Below, piece after piece: positions 8,379-18,118 of a DNA stretch of 64,000 bases (position 1 is the first letter of the stretch; each line of letters begins with the position of its first letter). Both the position numbers and the translations under genes were made by a program. The notes beneath the pieces were generated by a model that was given only the letters and a program-made list of their open reading frames with translations, ran no database searches and was not told the DNA's origin. Source of the DNA: Treponema sp. (GTDB lineage Bacteria > Spirochaetota > Spirochaetia > Treponematales > Treponemataceae); contig NZ_JAZUGX010000001.1 of NCBI RefSeq assembly GCF_045641405.1, positions 41,233-105,232 of the forward strand. Direction: 5' to 3'.

Positions 8379-11300
8379 TTAGAAGAGTGTTGTTCTCGCA
8401 CCAATGCTGAATGTGAATACATACTTCTTGGCATCATCACCGCCAACATCGGATGGGATGAACCAAACCTGTGGTTCTACATATGTAGACCAGGTCCTGA
8501 AGTACTTTGCCTTCTCAATCGTTACGCGAGGGAATTCAAACTGCATGAGAGCGGCAGAAAGAACCTGTGCGACCTTTTCACCCGTTGTTGCGGATGCACC
8601 AGAGTCGGTGAAGTAAGAGAAGTTGGCACCGATGGAAACTGTTGCAGTAAGCCAGTCCCAGTCACGTCCCCAGAAGTATCTGAATGGTATGTAGGCAAGC
8701 TGAGCGATGATCTTACCGCTGAATACATTGCCACCAAAGCGCATACCTGTCAGTCCCTTTCCGAACATCTTGGAAATGCTGTCACGCTGTTCCTGAGTAA
8801 ACTGTCCAAAGCTTGCCTGAACCTTTACGGCACCGTCAAATGCTGTAAGACCAACACCTACATTCCAGAGTGTAGCACCCCAGACAGAGGCGTCAAAGTA
8901 AAGTCCCTGGATGAACTTTGGTACCTCATAAGATGCCTTGTCACCCTTACGCAATGTAAGAGTTACATCGTTAAGGTCGATATCATCACCAGAAAGTCCA
9001 CTGAACAGGAGCTGCTGGTTGTATCTTCCGCTTTCACCTGGAGAAATCAATGTTACGGATGGGTTGGTTCTATCAACCTGAACTACAGTTCTTGTGATAG
9101 CCTTGTCACCGTTGTACATTTCTGCCTTAACGAGCATGAAGTGGAATCCTGCAGGGATATCAAGGTTTTCTACCCTGTATTCCCAGTGTGTCTTTCCTTC
9201 CTTTGCAACAGGTTCGTAAGTCTTACCGTTGTCAAAGCTGATGTAGATTCTCTTTACCTTTCTGTTTTCAAGTTCACGGCGGCGGTCAGAAGGAATGGTC
9301 TTGTCCTTCATCTCAAGCTTTTCTTCTTCTGTAAGAATGTAGCCTGCATTACCTTCAAGCAATGGTCTGTTTCTTGCAAAGTCACCGTATGTGAACGTCT
9401 CAAGTGTTACCCATGGACCTGTTGCACTGTATACAAACGACTGCTCATTTGAAAGTACACGTTTACCGTTCTTTGTTACGGCAATTGTCTGGAATGAATG
9501 AACTCCATCCTTGAGCTCGTATTCTTCGCCAGCTGGATATGCAACGACATTTCCGTTTGCATCCTTTTCTTCAATAAGCTTTGGAGTAATTGTGTGGTTA
9601 AGAGTGAACTTGAAGTATCCACTCTTTGTTACTTCTGCGCTGCCAAGTTCTTCCATCTTGCGGCGGTCGATGTAAAGGTCAACATGGTCGATAGGATCAT
9701 CTTTTTCTGAGTATGTACTACCATAGATGTTGAACTGTCCATGACAGTGTTCACCGTTAAGTGGATAGAGAACGTCAACCTTAGAAAGAGGCTTTGTCTT
9801 GTCTACTTCAATGTTGCGGCTGACACGAGTGATGTTGCCTGCGGCATCTGTACCTGTAAGCTCGATGTTGTAGAATCCATTGTTGAGCTCAGAAATATCG
9901 ATGACCTGAGTGATGATCTCATCTGGAACAAGAACTCTCTTTGCAAGGCGGTCTGGGATTGTCTTTCCTTCAAGACTGCGGATTGTAAGGAAGAGGCTTG
10001 TAAGCTCGATGTTATCAGTTGTCTGACCAGACATGAAGATCCTTCTTGAAACCTTTGAATCGTCAAGTGGCAGCTCAAGTCTTAGGTTTGGAGCAGTATT
10101 ATCGATGTTGATCAAAGATGAATAGAGAGCTCCGATTCCATACTTATCGTAGATGCGGATGAATACAACATGGGTTCCATCCTGAACAACAGCTGTGTTG
10201 AATGTGTATGACCAGTCTGTAGTTCCCTTTGCATCGTTGAATGTCGCACCGTTGTCCACGGAAATCTGAACAAGACCGATGTCGTTCTTATCGCTTGCCC
10301 AACCCTTGAGTGTAACAGTTCCCTTTACCGTCTTTTCGATTTCAGGAGAAGTCATTCCACCCTTTGGTTCCTCGAGGGATACGCGGAATGTACGCTTGAT
10401 TTCGTCACCCTTTACTCCGTTTACATCGATTGCATATGCAGTGATCACATGCTCGTTGTCCTTGAGTGAAAGGAGTGGAATGTCAAACTTATAGCTTGAA
10501 GAATATTCGCTGCCATCTTCCGTGATGTACTGCTTGTATTCATCGTTGTCGATCTTGTAGAAGATCTTACACTTGCCATCATCATCGTAAACTACACCGG
10601 AAATTGTGAAGTCTGTCGTAACAACCTGCATTTCTTCTGGAAGGTGGATTTCTGTGACAGGCTTATCGCTCTTTTCATCTACCTTGAAGTCCCACTTGTT
10701 GATTACGGTTTCGTTTCCGTTGTCGTCTGTGAATGTGAATGACATGTTGTTGTCGATAGGAGCATCAAATGTTCCTACCCTCATGTTTGGAAGCTGGAAG
10801 TTCATTGTTCTGAGAGGATCGTATCTCTCCGATGAATCAACTTCATTTCCATCAGCATCCTTGTCCTTCTTTACAGGCACATCGCTTGCGTGGACGAAGA
10901 TCTCATATGGGAGCTTTGTTCTTCCGCTTGCACTTGTGTACATGATCTTGTTTGTTCTGCCAGCATCCTTAACGGAGAATACAATTGTATTTTCGCCGTT
11001 AACTACAGATCCTTCTTCTGGAAGAATGACCTTTACCTCTGGAGGAGTTACATCCTTGTGAAGGACACTGTTCACATATGTCGTCTTTCCGACAGTATCA
11101 GTTACACGGAATGAGAATGGAACATATCCATCAGGAATTTCCTTGAGGGAAACATTTACCCAGAATTCACCTGCCTTTGTGAAAGCTACGTTCTTCCAGG
11201 CTGCCTTTCCAGATTCCCTGACAGTTCCGTCCTTTTCCTTGATATCCTGTTTTTCATCTGTGATTGCGTATTCAATCTTTGCGATTCCATTGCCGTCGCT

Positions 11301-14300
11301 AGCAGTACCAGAGATGATGAATGAATCCTTTACGAACGACATCACCTTAGGACTGTTCATGTTTACAGTTGGCTTTGCTGTATCTACGACAAGGTTGACA
11401 TCAGGAGCAAGATATGAACCACCATCTTCACCGTTTACGCGAACGCTTACACCGCGGAAAGTTCCGTCAGTAGTCGCAGTAAGCTTGATGATGTTGCCTT
11501 CTGAAGAAACCTTAAGACCTGGTGTCTCACCGCGGACTCTTGCCGTAACTGGACCTGGAACATTGCAGTATCCTACCAAAGCTGAACCGTCGTTGAGGAC
11601 ATAGGCCTTGAGGCTATCGTCGTAGCGTGTCTTTCCTTCACACTGCCAGTAGATAGCAGGCTGGTTGTCAATATTTTCATGCTGGCGGATTACATTGAAT
11701 GTACCCTTTGCAACGACTGTCTTTCCTCTTGCTTCTGCAGAAACCGCAATGTTCGTTATGCGTGCAGGAAGATTGGAAAGTGGAATTGTAGCCGAGTATA
11801 CATTTTCAAATGTCTCAGGATCCGAAGAAATAAGATTGAGTGGTGCGGAACCAGACTGTTTTGAAAGTCCGCCTGGAGCATCAACACCGTCGATTGTGTA
11901 TGAAACAGATTTGATTACGCTGTTGCTCTTTACCGTAACAGAGACTGCATGGCTTTCATCCTTTGGTGCGCCCCTGCCGAGAAGAACATTCATACCGCTC
12001 TTGTATGTTTCGTTGTCAATGTTTGAAAGCTCAACATCAATCCTGCTTTCTGCCTGAACATTGAGCGGTGATGAAGAAATCTTTACAGGCTTTGGAGTAT
12101 CCTGTGTATTTGCAGTAAATACGATTGCAGGCTCGTCTGCACGGAGATTTTCCTTGCGGACATACTTGAATGCATTGTCCAATGATCCCTGATATACACA
12201 TACACCGTAGTTGTCGCGTCCAGAAAGCCAGTACATCTTAGGAGCTGCCTTTACAACCTTCTTCTTTCCATCCATTACATCTTCTTCTGGAGCGTATGGA
12301 ATCTTGCGGATAAACACTGCCTGTGCAGAATCCTGACCATCTGCTGTCTCTGCTACGATTTCAACGACAGCAACTCCTTCCGCAAATGAATTGAAATTAA
12401 GGTTTGTAATCGACCATGTTCCTCTTCTTGAAACATCGATTGTCGACCAGTCTGTATCTTCTGCACGTTCTGAACCTACGAGAAGAACATCGTTGAACAT
12501 ATTTGCCTTTACTGAAAGGATTCTGTAGCGAACCTTTGCAGAAGGAACTGTAACCTTACCAGAAATGCTGAGCTTTGTATCAGGTGTCTCGAATTCAAAA
12601 GGAATGCCACGGTCTGCGTTGTATGCCTCTGTGTCGTCGAGGGAAAGAACAAGCTTTTCAAGTGGAGCTACAAACTTGAGTGCCCTTGATGTATACACGG
12701 CTCCAGAAGCGTCCGTCACCTGTACCTTGAATTCAGTTGAATCAGTTTCAGAAGAAAGAGTGATTACATTTCCCTTGAAAGAAACATCAACACCTCTCTG
12801 GGCTGGGCTGAGGGCAACAGAAGAAATCTTTCCGCCAGCAAAGTAACCTGTGAGAGGTTTGTCCTTAAGTGCGATCACTGCACCATCTTCCGTTATCTTT
12901 GAATCTGTAAAATAGACACCAGGTGTGTCTGTCCATATCTTTGTAAGGTCACGGATATTTACTATTGAATTGAATACTGTTGGACGGCCGTAGATGTCTG
13001 TTGCTGTAACTTCAATCTTTGCAACGCCCCATGGAAGAGCATCGCCTGAAAGTGGAACGGATACGGCTACGTTCTTTTCTCCGCCCTTAAGTCCTGCATC
13101 GCCTTCAATGAGTCCGTTCTTTCCCCAAGTAAGTCTATACTTTGCAGAAGAAAGTCCGCATGTTGAAGAAACTGGAACTTCATATGTTCCGTCTGCTTCT
13201 GGATTTACAGTAAGTCCATTGACGAAATCAACCGATGATCCGCCTGCCTTGTAGACTGGCTGCCCAAACACAGGAGCAACACCCTTGGACTTGAATGTGC
13301 TTGTCGTAACGTTACCCTTGACTCCGTACTTGTCAGTTCCATAAACAGAGATTGTATGGTTTCCGTCTGCAAATGTGCCTTCCACTGGGGCATAGAATAC
13401 ACCGATGCAGTCGATTGTCTTTTCTTCGCCATTATCAACCTTGTAAGTAACGCTTACAGGACCATCATCATCTGTAACGATACCACGGAGGAAAAGAGCA
13501 CCCTCCTCGCCTTCGAATTCAACACCGTTTGATGGATATCCGATGGTAACAACAGGTTTGTCATCTTCCTGGTTAAGTGCAATCGTATGCTTTACGACAA
13601 CAGTGTTTCCCATCGTATCTGTACCAGTCACTGTAAACACTTCAGATTTCTGCTTTCCGATGGAGTTTACTTCCTTTACCCAGTATGGGTTTCCTGGAGT
13701 AAGCTCAAACTCGCCTGTCTCCTGTCCCCACTGCCATGTAAGCTTCTGGATACCGTTGATATCCTTTGCATAACCCGCGATCGTGAACACACCGTTCTTT
13801 ACTTCATCCTTTGCAGGAGAAATGATCCTGATGTCTGGATTTGTGTTGTCAATGAAATAAAGGAATGCATAGTTTCCTACAGAACCAGCGTTGTCCCTGG
13901 CACGGAACCAACAAGTCGCAACACCGTCTGGGAAGTCCTTTGTGTTTACGGATATATTGAACTTGAATTCACTTATAAGTCCGTCTTCCGTTCTTTCCTT
14001 ATATTTTTCTTCCTTGATCGATGCAAAGCTATAATACTTTCCACCATCGAGGGAATATTCAAGAGTATTGATACCGTTACCGTCTTTGATTGTTCCCGAA
14101 AGATCAATCCTGCCTGAAACAAGCTGTCCCATCGTAAGGTTTGTAACTTCAATTACAGGGGCACGGCGGTCAAGCTGCCAGGTTACCTTTGTGCGGTTTC
14201 CTTTCTTTGGAATTACACGGGTTGTATCTATCTTTCCGTTTTCATCCTTGTATGCATCAGGATTACCGTTATCAATACCGTATACTTCGATTGTATGAGG

Positions 14301-14741
14301 TCCTTCAAAAAGTTTTGTAGTATCAAGGAAGTAGGACCAGAATTCTGTACCTTGAGCCTTTACAGGATTCTCTTCGTCACCGTCAAGGATGAGCCATACT
14401 TCTGTAACCTTATCATCATCAACACAGGTTCCGACGATGTTGAGGTTACCTGGAACGCGCATGTTCTCTACAGGATTCGTGATGCCACTGACTGGGAGGT
14501 CTGACTTTGGATCAATGTAGATGTTGAACGGTCCAGCGATAGTCTTATTGCCTGCCTTGTCTTCCGCAGTAACAAGAACATTGTACTTTCCCGCTTCATG
14601 TTCGGTTTCCTGATTGATGTCGAACTTTTCCTGCCAGCTGTTTTCAGATCCAACAGAGCGAGAAGTAATCTTCTTTGCTGCAAACAAAGAAACAGGCAAC
14701 AGCGATACTGCTACCAGGAATGCCAGTACTTTTTTTTGCAT
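8379..14741 (-). CDS. Large secreted Ig-like-repeat protein (2120 aa) with a C-terminal outer-membrane beta-barrel-like domain
   Basis: Signal peptide MQKKVLAFLVAVSLLPVSLFA. Many DxxGN..DxxxP Ig-like units. The last ~180 aa are amphipathic, aromatic-rich strands ending FTFSIGARTTLF (terminal Phe). Confidence 0.85.
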   Translation of the reverse strand: MQKKVLAFLVAVSLLPVSLFAAKKITSRSVGSENSWQEKFDINQETEHEAGKYNVLVTAEDKAGNKTIAGPFNIYIDPKSDLPVSGITNPVENMRVPGNLNIVGTCVDDDKVTEVWLILDGDEENPVKAQGTEFWSYFLDTTKLFEGPHTIEVYGIDNGNPDAYKDENGKIDTTRVIPKKGNRTKVTWQLDRRAPVIEVTNLTMGQLVSGRIDLSGTIKDGNGINTLEYSLDGGKYYSFASIKEEKYKERTEDGLISEFKFNISVNTKDFPDGVATCWFRARDNAGSVGNYAFLYFIDNTNPDIRIISPAKDEVKNGVFTIAGYAKDINGIQKLTWQWGQETGEFELTPGNPYWVKEVNSIGKQKSEVFTVTGTDTMGNTVVVKHTIALNQEDDKPVVTIGYPSNGVEFEGEEGALFLRGIVTDDDGPVSVTYKVDNGEEKTIDCIGVFYAPVEGTFADGNHTISVYGTDKYGVKGNVTTSTFKSKGVAPVFGQPVYKAGGSSVDFVNGLTVNPEADGTYEVPVSSTCGLSSAKYRLTWGKNGLIEGDAGLKGGEKNVAVSVPLSGDALPWGVAKIEVTATDIYGRPTVFNSIVNIRDLTKIWTDTPGVYFTDSKITEDGAVIALKDKPLTGYFAGGKISSVALSPAQRGVDVSFKGNVITLSSETDSTEFKVQVTDASGAVYTSRALKFVAPLEKLVLSLDDTEAYNADRGIPFEFETPDTKLSISGKVTVPSAKVRYRILSVKANMFNDVLLVGSERAEDTDWSTIDVSRRGTWSITNLNFNSFAEGVAVVEIVAETADGQDSAQAVFIRKIPYAPEEDVMDGKKKVVKAAPKMYWLSGRDNYGVCVYQGSLDNAFKYVRKENLRADEPAIVFTANTQDTPKPVKISSSPLNVQAESRIDVELSNIDNETYKSGMNVLLGRGAPKDESHAVSVTVKSNSVIKSVSYTIDGVDAPGGLSKQSGSAPLNLISSDPETFENVYSATIPLSNLPARITNIAVSAEARGKTVVAKGTFNVIRQHENIDNQPAIYWQCEGKTRYDDSLKAYVLNDGSALVGYCNVPGPVTARVRGETPGLKVSSEGNIIKLTATTDGTFRGVSVRVNGEDGGSYLAPDVNLVVDTAKPTVNMNSPKVMSFVKDSFIISGTASDGNGIAKIEYAITDEKQDIKEKDGTVRESGKAAWKNVAFTKAGEFWVNVSLKEIPDGYVPFSFRVTDTVGKTTYVNSVLHKDVTPPEVKVILPEEGSVVNGENTIVFSVKDAGRTNKIMYTSASGRTKLPYEIFVHASDVPVKKDKDADGNEVDSSERYDPLRTMNFQLPNMRVGTFDAPIDNNMSFTFTDDNGNETVINKWDFKVDEKSDKPVTEIHLPEEMQVVTTDFTISGVVYDDDGKCKIFYKIDNDEYKQYITEDGSEYSSSYKFDIPLLSLKDNEHVITAYAIDVNGVKGDEIKRTFRVSLEEPKGGMTSPEIEKTVKGTVTLKGWASDKNDIGLVQISVDNGATFNDAKGTTDWSYTFNTAVVQDGTHVVFIRIYDKYGIGALYSSLINIDNTAPNLRLELPLDDSKVSRRIFMSGQTTDNIELTSLFLTIRSLEGKTIPDRLAKRVLVPDEIITQVIDISELNNGFYNIELTGTDAAGNITRVSRNIEVDKTKPLSKVDVLYPLNGEHCHGQFNIYGSTYSEKDDPIDHVDLYIDRRKMEELGSAEVTKSGYFKFTLNHTITPKLIEEKDANGNVVAYPAGEEYELKDGVHSFQTIAVTKNGKRVLSNEQSFVYSATGPWVTLETFTYGDFARNRPLLEGNAGYILTEEEKLEMKDKTIPSDRRRELENRKVKRIYISFDNGKTYEPVAKEGKTHWEYRVENLDIPAGFHFMLVKAEMYNGDKAITRTVVQVDRTNPSVTLISPGESGRYNQQLLFSGLSGDDIDLNDVTLTLRKGDKASYEVPKFIQGLYFDASVWGATLWNVGVGLTAFDGAVKVQASFGQFTQEQRDSISKMFGKGLTGMRFGGNVFSGKIIAQLAYIPFRYFWGRDWDWLTATVSIGANFSYFTDSGASATTGEKVAQVLSAALMQFEFPRVTIEKAKYFRTWSTYVEPQVWFIPSDVGGDDAKKYVFTFSIGARTTLF

Positions 14742-15019
14742 AATTTACCCCATTATTTATGAACTTTTTTTTATTGCCAAATATTCAGAAATAAAAAAAC
14801 CAAAGAAAATCCAATTCTTATATGAAGAGAAATTCCCATATAGTCTTATCGGCATGATTTTTAAATTTCTATATATTCATTTTATCATAACTCCAAAATG
14901 TCAAAATCGTCAAACAAAACTTATAAAGAGGTGTTAACATTGAAATTTTCCTCTAACTTTATATAGGAATTTCAGATTTCAGGCGCTTTTTATGCCAACC
15001 GATGGTATAATTTCTGGAT

Positions 15020-15757
15020 ATGGAAGACAAAATAAAAGAACTTCAGCGCCTTGTGGACGAGGCCAGCAGGATTGTTTTTTTTGGAGGAGCAGGCGTTTCA
15101 ACGGAAAGCGGAATTCCTGACTTCAGGAGCGTAGACGGACTATACAACCAGAAATGGGATTATCCGCCTGAAACCATAATCAGCGCATCCTTTTTTGCAG
15201 CAAAGACAAAGGAATTCTACAGGTTCTACAGGGAAAAGCTTCTGCTGAACGGAATAAAACCCAATGCGGCCCACCTTAAGCTTGCAGAACTTGAAAAGGC
15301 AGGCAAGCTTCTTGGCATCGTAACGCAGAACATTGACGGTCTGCATCAGGCTGCAGGCAACAAAAAGGTTTGGGAACTCCACGGAAGCGTATTGAGGAAC
15401 TATTGCACCAGGTGCGGAGAATTTTATGACGACAGCTATCTGAGGGAAAATCCAGGCGAAGATGGAATACCAAGATGCAGCAGCTGCAACGGCATCATCA
15501 AACCAGATGTCGTACTCTACGAAGAACCTCTGAATGAAAGAACCGTGGAAGGAGCCTTTGATGCAATCTCAAACGCAGACCTTCTCATCATAGGAGGAAC
15601 TTCACTTACCGTATATCCAGCCGCTGGAATGGTAAGGTATTTCAAGGGAAACAACATCGTCCTTATCAACCGAGATCCAACCCAGAGCGACGAAATCGCA
15701 GACCTTGTGATCCACGACAGCATAGGAAAGGTACTCAGCCAGATTAAGGTTACTTAA
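15020..15757 (+). CDS. cobB: NAD-dependent protein deacylase (sirtuin, Sir2/CobB family)
   Basis: GAGVSTESGIPDFRS, QNIDGLH, HGS, Zn motif CTRC..CSSC, GTSLTVYPAA. Confidence 0.93.
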   Translation: MEDKIKELQRLVDEASRIVFFGGAGVSTESGIPDFRSVDGLYNQKWDYPPETIISASFFAAKTKEFYRFYREKLLLNGIKPNAAHLKLAELEKAGKLLGIVTQNIDGLHQAAGNKKVWELHGSVLRNYCTRCGEFYDDSYLRENPGEDGIPRCSSCNGIIKPDVVLYEEPLNERTVEGAFDAISNADLLIIGGTSLTVYPAAGMVRYFKGNNIVLINRDPTQSDEIADLVIHDSIGKVLSQIKVT

Positions 15758-16106
15758 GGGCAGAACGCTGGCTCATTTTTGCCTTGAGGGAACTGATTTC
15801 TTTTTTTACGTTCTCCCTGGCGTTTCCTGCAATTGCCTGTTCACATGCAGAGCTTACGGCAGTTATCCTTCCGAGGATATCCTGCTCAAGCTTTGCTGCA
15901 AGAATTTCCTTAGACTCCTCGATTGAAGCAGCTTCTTCGGCAATCGATGCAATTTCCGCTTTTTCCACCTCAAAGGTATCATTGAGATTTCCAGATTTTT
16001 CAACAAGAAGGACCATGTGCCTGTTGATCTGTTCTATCAGACTTGGACCTGCTGGCTTTTCTTCCTTCTTTCTAAAAATATTCTTTATCATATCAGCAAC
16101 TGCCAT
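15750..16106 (-). CDS. Hypothetical helical protein (118 aa), last gene of the aryl-polyene operon
   Basis: The ATG immediately follows the TAA of the upstream KS gene (TAAATG), with GGAG upstream. Charged, helix-like composition; no recognisable motif. Confidence 0.65.
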   Translation of the reverse strand: MAVADMIKNIFRKKEEKPAGPSLIEQINRHMVLLVEKSGNLNDTFEVEKAEIASIAEEAASIEESKEILAAKLEQDILGRITAVSSACEQAIAGNARENVKKEISSLKAKMSQRSALK

Positions 16107-17372
16107 TTAGTTTTCGCTCCATTTTCTGAAGATGAGGGATGTGTTGACTCCGCCAAATGCAAAATTGTTTGACATTACATACTCTGCATCAATTTCCCGT
16201 CCATCACCCATGATGTAGTCCAAAGGTGCACATTCAGGATCCACCTCAGAAAGATTGAGGTTTGGATGGAACCATCCTTCATTCATCATATTTATTGTAA
16301 GCCATGACTCTATGGCTCCGCAAGCACCCAGTGTATGCCCAATGTAACTCTTTGTGGTACTGACTGGAACCGCACGGTTAAAGACCTTGTAAACGGCATT
16401 GCTTTCCGAAACATCACCGTGGGCTGTCGCCGTTCCATGAGCATTGACATAGGCAATGTCTTCTGGAGACACCTTTGCATCATCAAGGGCAAGCTTAAGG
16501 GCAACCGCCTGAGTCTCGCTGTTTGGACTTGTGATATGTGTACCGTCCATGTTCGTTCCAAAACCTGCGACCTCCGCATAGATTCTGGCACCACGCTTGA
16601 CGGCATGCTCCATGTCCTCAAGGATCAACGTTCCTGCACCTTCTCCGATTACAAGACCGTCTCTTTTTGCATCCCATGCCGTAGGCGTTGTCTCTGGTGC
16701 GGAATTTCTTGCACTGGCGGCTCCCATGACATCAAAGATGGCACTGTCGGCAGCGGAAAGTTCATCCGCCCCACCTGCGATCATCATATCCTGCCTTCCG
16801 TCCGAGATTGCTTCGTAAGCATATCCTATTGCCTGACTTCCAGAAGTACACGCCGTATCCGTTACGATCACACGACCACGGATCTGATAATAGATGCTTA
16901 GATTGGCGGCACAGGTCTGAGGCATGCACTTGATGTAGGTCTGGGAATCGACCTTGCTGAAGTCTCCCCTTTCCACTATGCCGATCATGTCAGACAAAGC
17001 CTGCATGGAACCCATACAGCATCCATAGGCAATGCCAGTCCTTCCATTCTTAATTTCTTCTATGGAATTTCCTTCTTCATCAAGAAGACCTGCCATCCTG
17101 AGGGCATCGTCTGTTGCCACAAGAGACAAAAGTCCAACTCGGCCCATTCCGCGTATCTTCTTTCTTGGAAATTTTGGAAGCTCCTCTGTATAAGGGCAGG
17201 CAAGCTTTGTGTTCATCTTGTCCAGATGTTCCCATTCCTGCATGTACTTTATGAGGTTTTTCTTTTCCTTTAATCTTGAGTATGCTTCGTCCCAGCTGCG
17301 ACCAAGTGCCGAAAGCATTCCAGCACCAGTAACAACAACACGTCGCTTTCCATTAGGCTTTGTGAATGTCAT
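16107..17372 (-). CDS. Beta-ketoacyl-ACP synthase (FabF-like; ApeR-type)
   Basis: Catalytic TACTSG (Cys), HGTAT and KSYIGHTLGA (His-His), C-terminal NNFAFGGVN; last KS in ape-like order. Confidence 0.9.
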   Translation of the reverse strand: MTFTKPNGKRRVVVTGAGMLSALGRSWDEAYSRLKEKKNLIKYMQEWEHLDKMNTKLACPYTEELPKFPRKKIRGMGRVGLLSLVATDDALRMAGLLDEEGNSIEEIKNGRTGIAYGCCMGSMQALSDMIGIVERGDFSKVDSQTYIKCMPQTCAANLSIYYQIRGRVIVTDTACTSGSQAIGYAYEAISDGRQDMMIAGGADELSAADSAIFDVMGAASARNSAPETTPTAWDAKRDGLVIGEGAGTLILEDMEHAVKRGARIYAEVAGFGTNMDGTHITSPNSETQAVALKLALDDAKVSPEDIAYVNAHGTATAHGDVSESNAVYKVFNRAVPVSTTKSYIGHTLGACGAIESWLTINMMNEGWFHPNLNLSEVDPECAPLDYIMGDGREIDAEYVMSNNFAFGGVNTSLIFRKWSEN

Positions 17373-17374
17373 TG

Positions 17375-18103
17375 TCAGATCAATCCTCCGTTAACAGAGA
17401 TAACCTGACGGGTGATATAACCAGCTTCCTCGGAAAGAAGAAAGACCGCAAGGGCACTTACTTCCGAAGGTTTTCCTGCACGTTTCATTGGAATCGTCTG
17501 CATTATCATTTCCTGAGGGGCATCCTTTATCATATCCGTTTCAATAAGACCAGGTGCAATGCAGTTCACAGTGATTGAGCGGCTGGCAAGTTCCGTGGCA
17601 AGGGACTTTGTCGCACCGATGATACCAGCCTTTGAGGCACTGTAATTTGTCTGACCTCTATTTCCCATGATGCCGCTGACGGAAGCAATGGTGATGATGC
17701 GTCCCTTTTTCTTTCTTGCCAATGGCATCACAAGAGGATTGAGCACATTGAAAAAACTGTCCAGATTTGTATGGACTACGCTGTCCCATTCTTCTCCGCT
17801 CAAGCCTGCAAAGGTATTGTCCTTTGTTATGCCCGCATTGCTTACGATTCCCCAGAGGGCACCATGAGTTTCTGTCATTGCATCAAGTTTTATCTTACAG
17901 TCATCGCGGTCGGTGATGTCAAACTGGATGAGTTCTCCATTGCCACCGAAAGACTTTATCTCTTCAAGCAGACTTTCTGCTTTTTCCTTTCCACGGTTGT
18001 AGTGGCAGATAACATAGTAGCCTGCCTTGGCGCAATCCAAGGCTATCGCTCTTCCTATTCCACCTGAGGCACCTGTAACCAAAACCTTCTTATCTTCATT
18101 CAT
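17375..18103 (-). CDS. fabG: 3-oxoacyl-ACP reductase (FabG-like; ApeQ-type)
   Basis: VTGASGGIG, SNAGI, YSASK, NCIAPGLIETDM, VNGG. Confidence 0.92.
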   Translation of the reverse strand: MNEDKKVLVTGASGGIGRAIALDCAKAGYYVICHYNRGKEKAESLLEEIKSFGGNGELIQFDITDRDDCKIKLDAMTETHGALWGIVSNAGITKDNTFAGLSGEEWDSVVHTNLDSFFNVLNPLVMPLARKKKGRIITIASVSGIMGNRGQTNYSASKAGIIGATKSLATELASRSITVNCIAPGLIETDMIKDAPQEMIMQTIPMKRAGKPSEVSALAVFLLSEEAGYITRQVISVNGGLI

Positions 18104-18118
18104 TGCAATAATTCTCCA

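Noticed and set aside
14752-14904. Promoter candidates for the 2120-aa gene (TTGGCA-17-AATAAT with an A8 spacer tract; TGaTAAAAT at 14879-14887)
   Set aside because: The region is very AT-rich and the candidates conflict, so I cannot choose between them or support phase variation.
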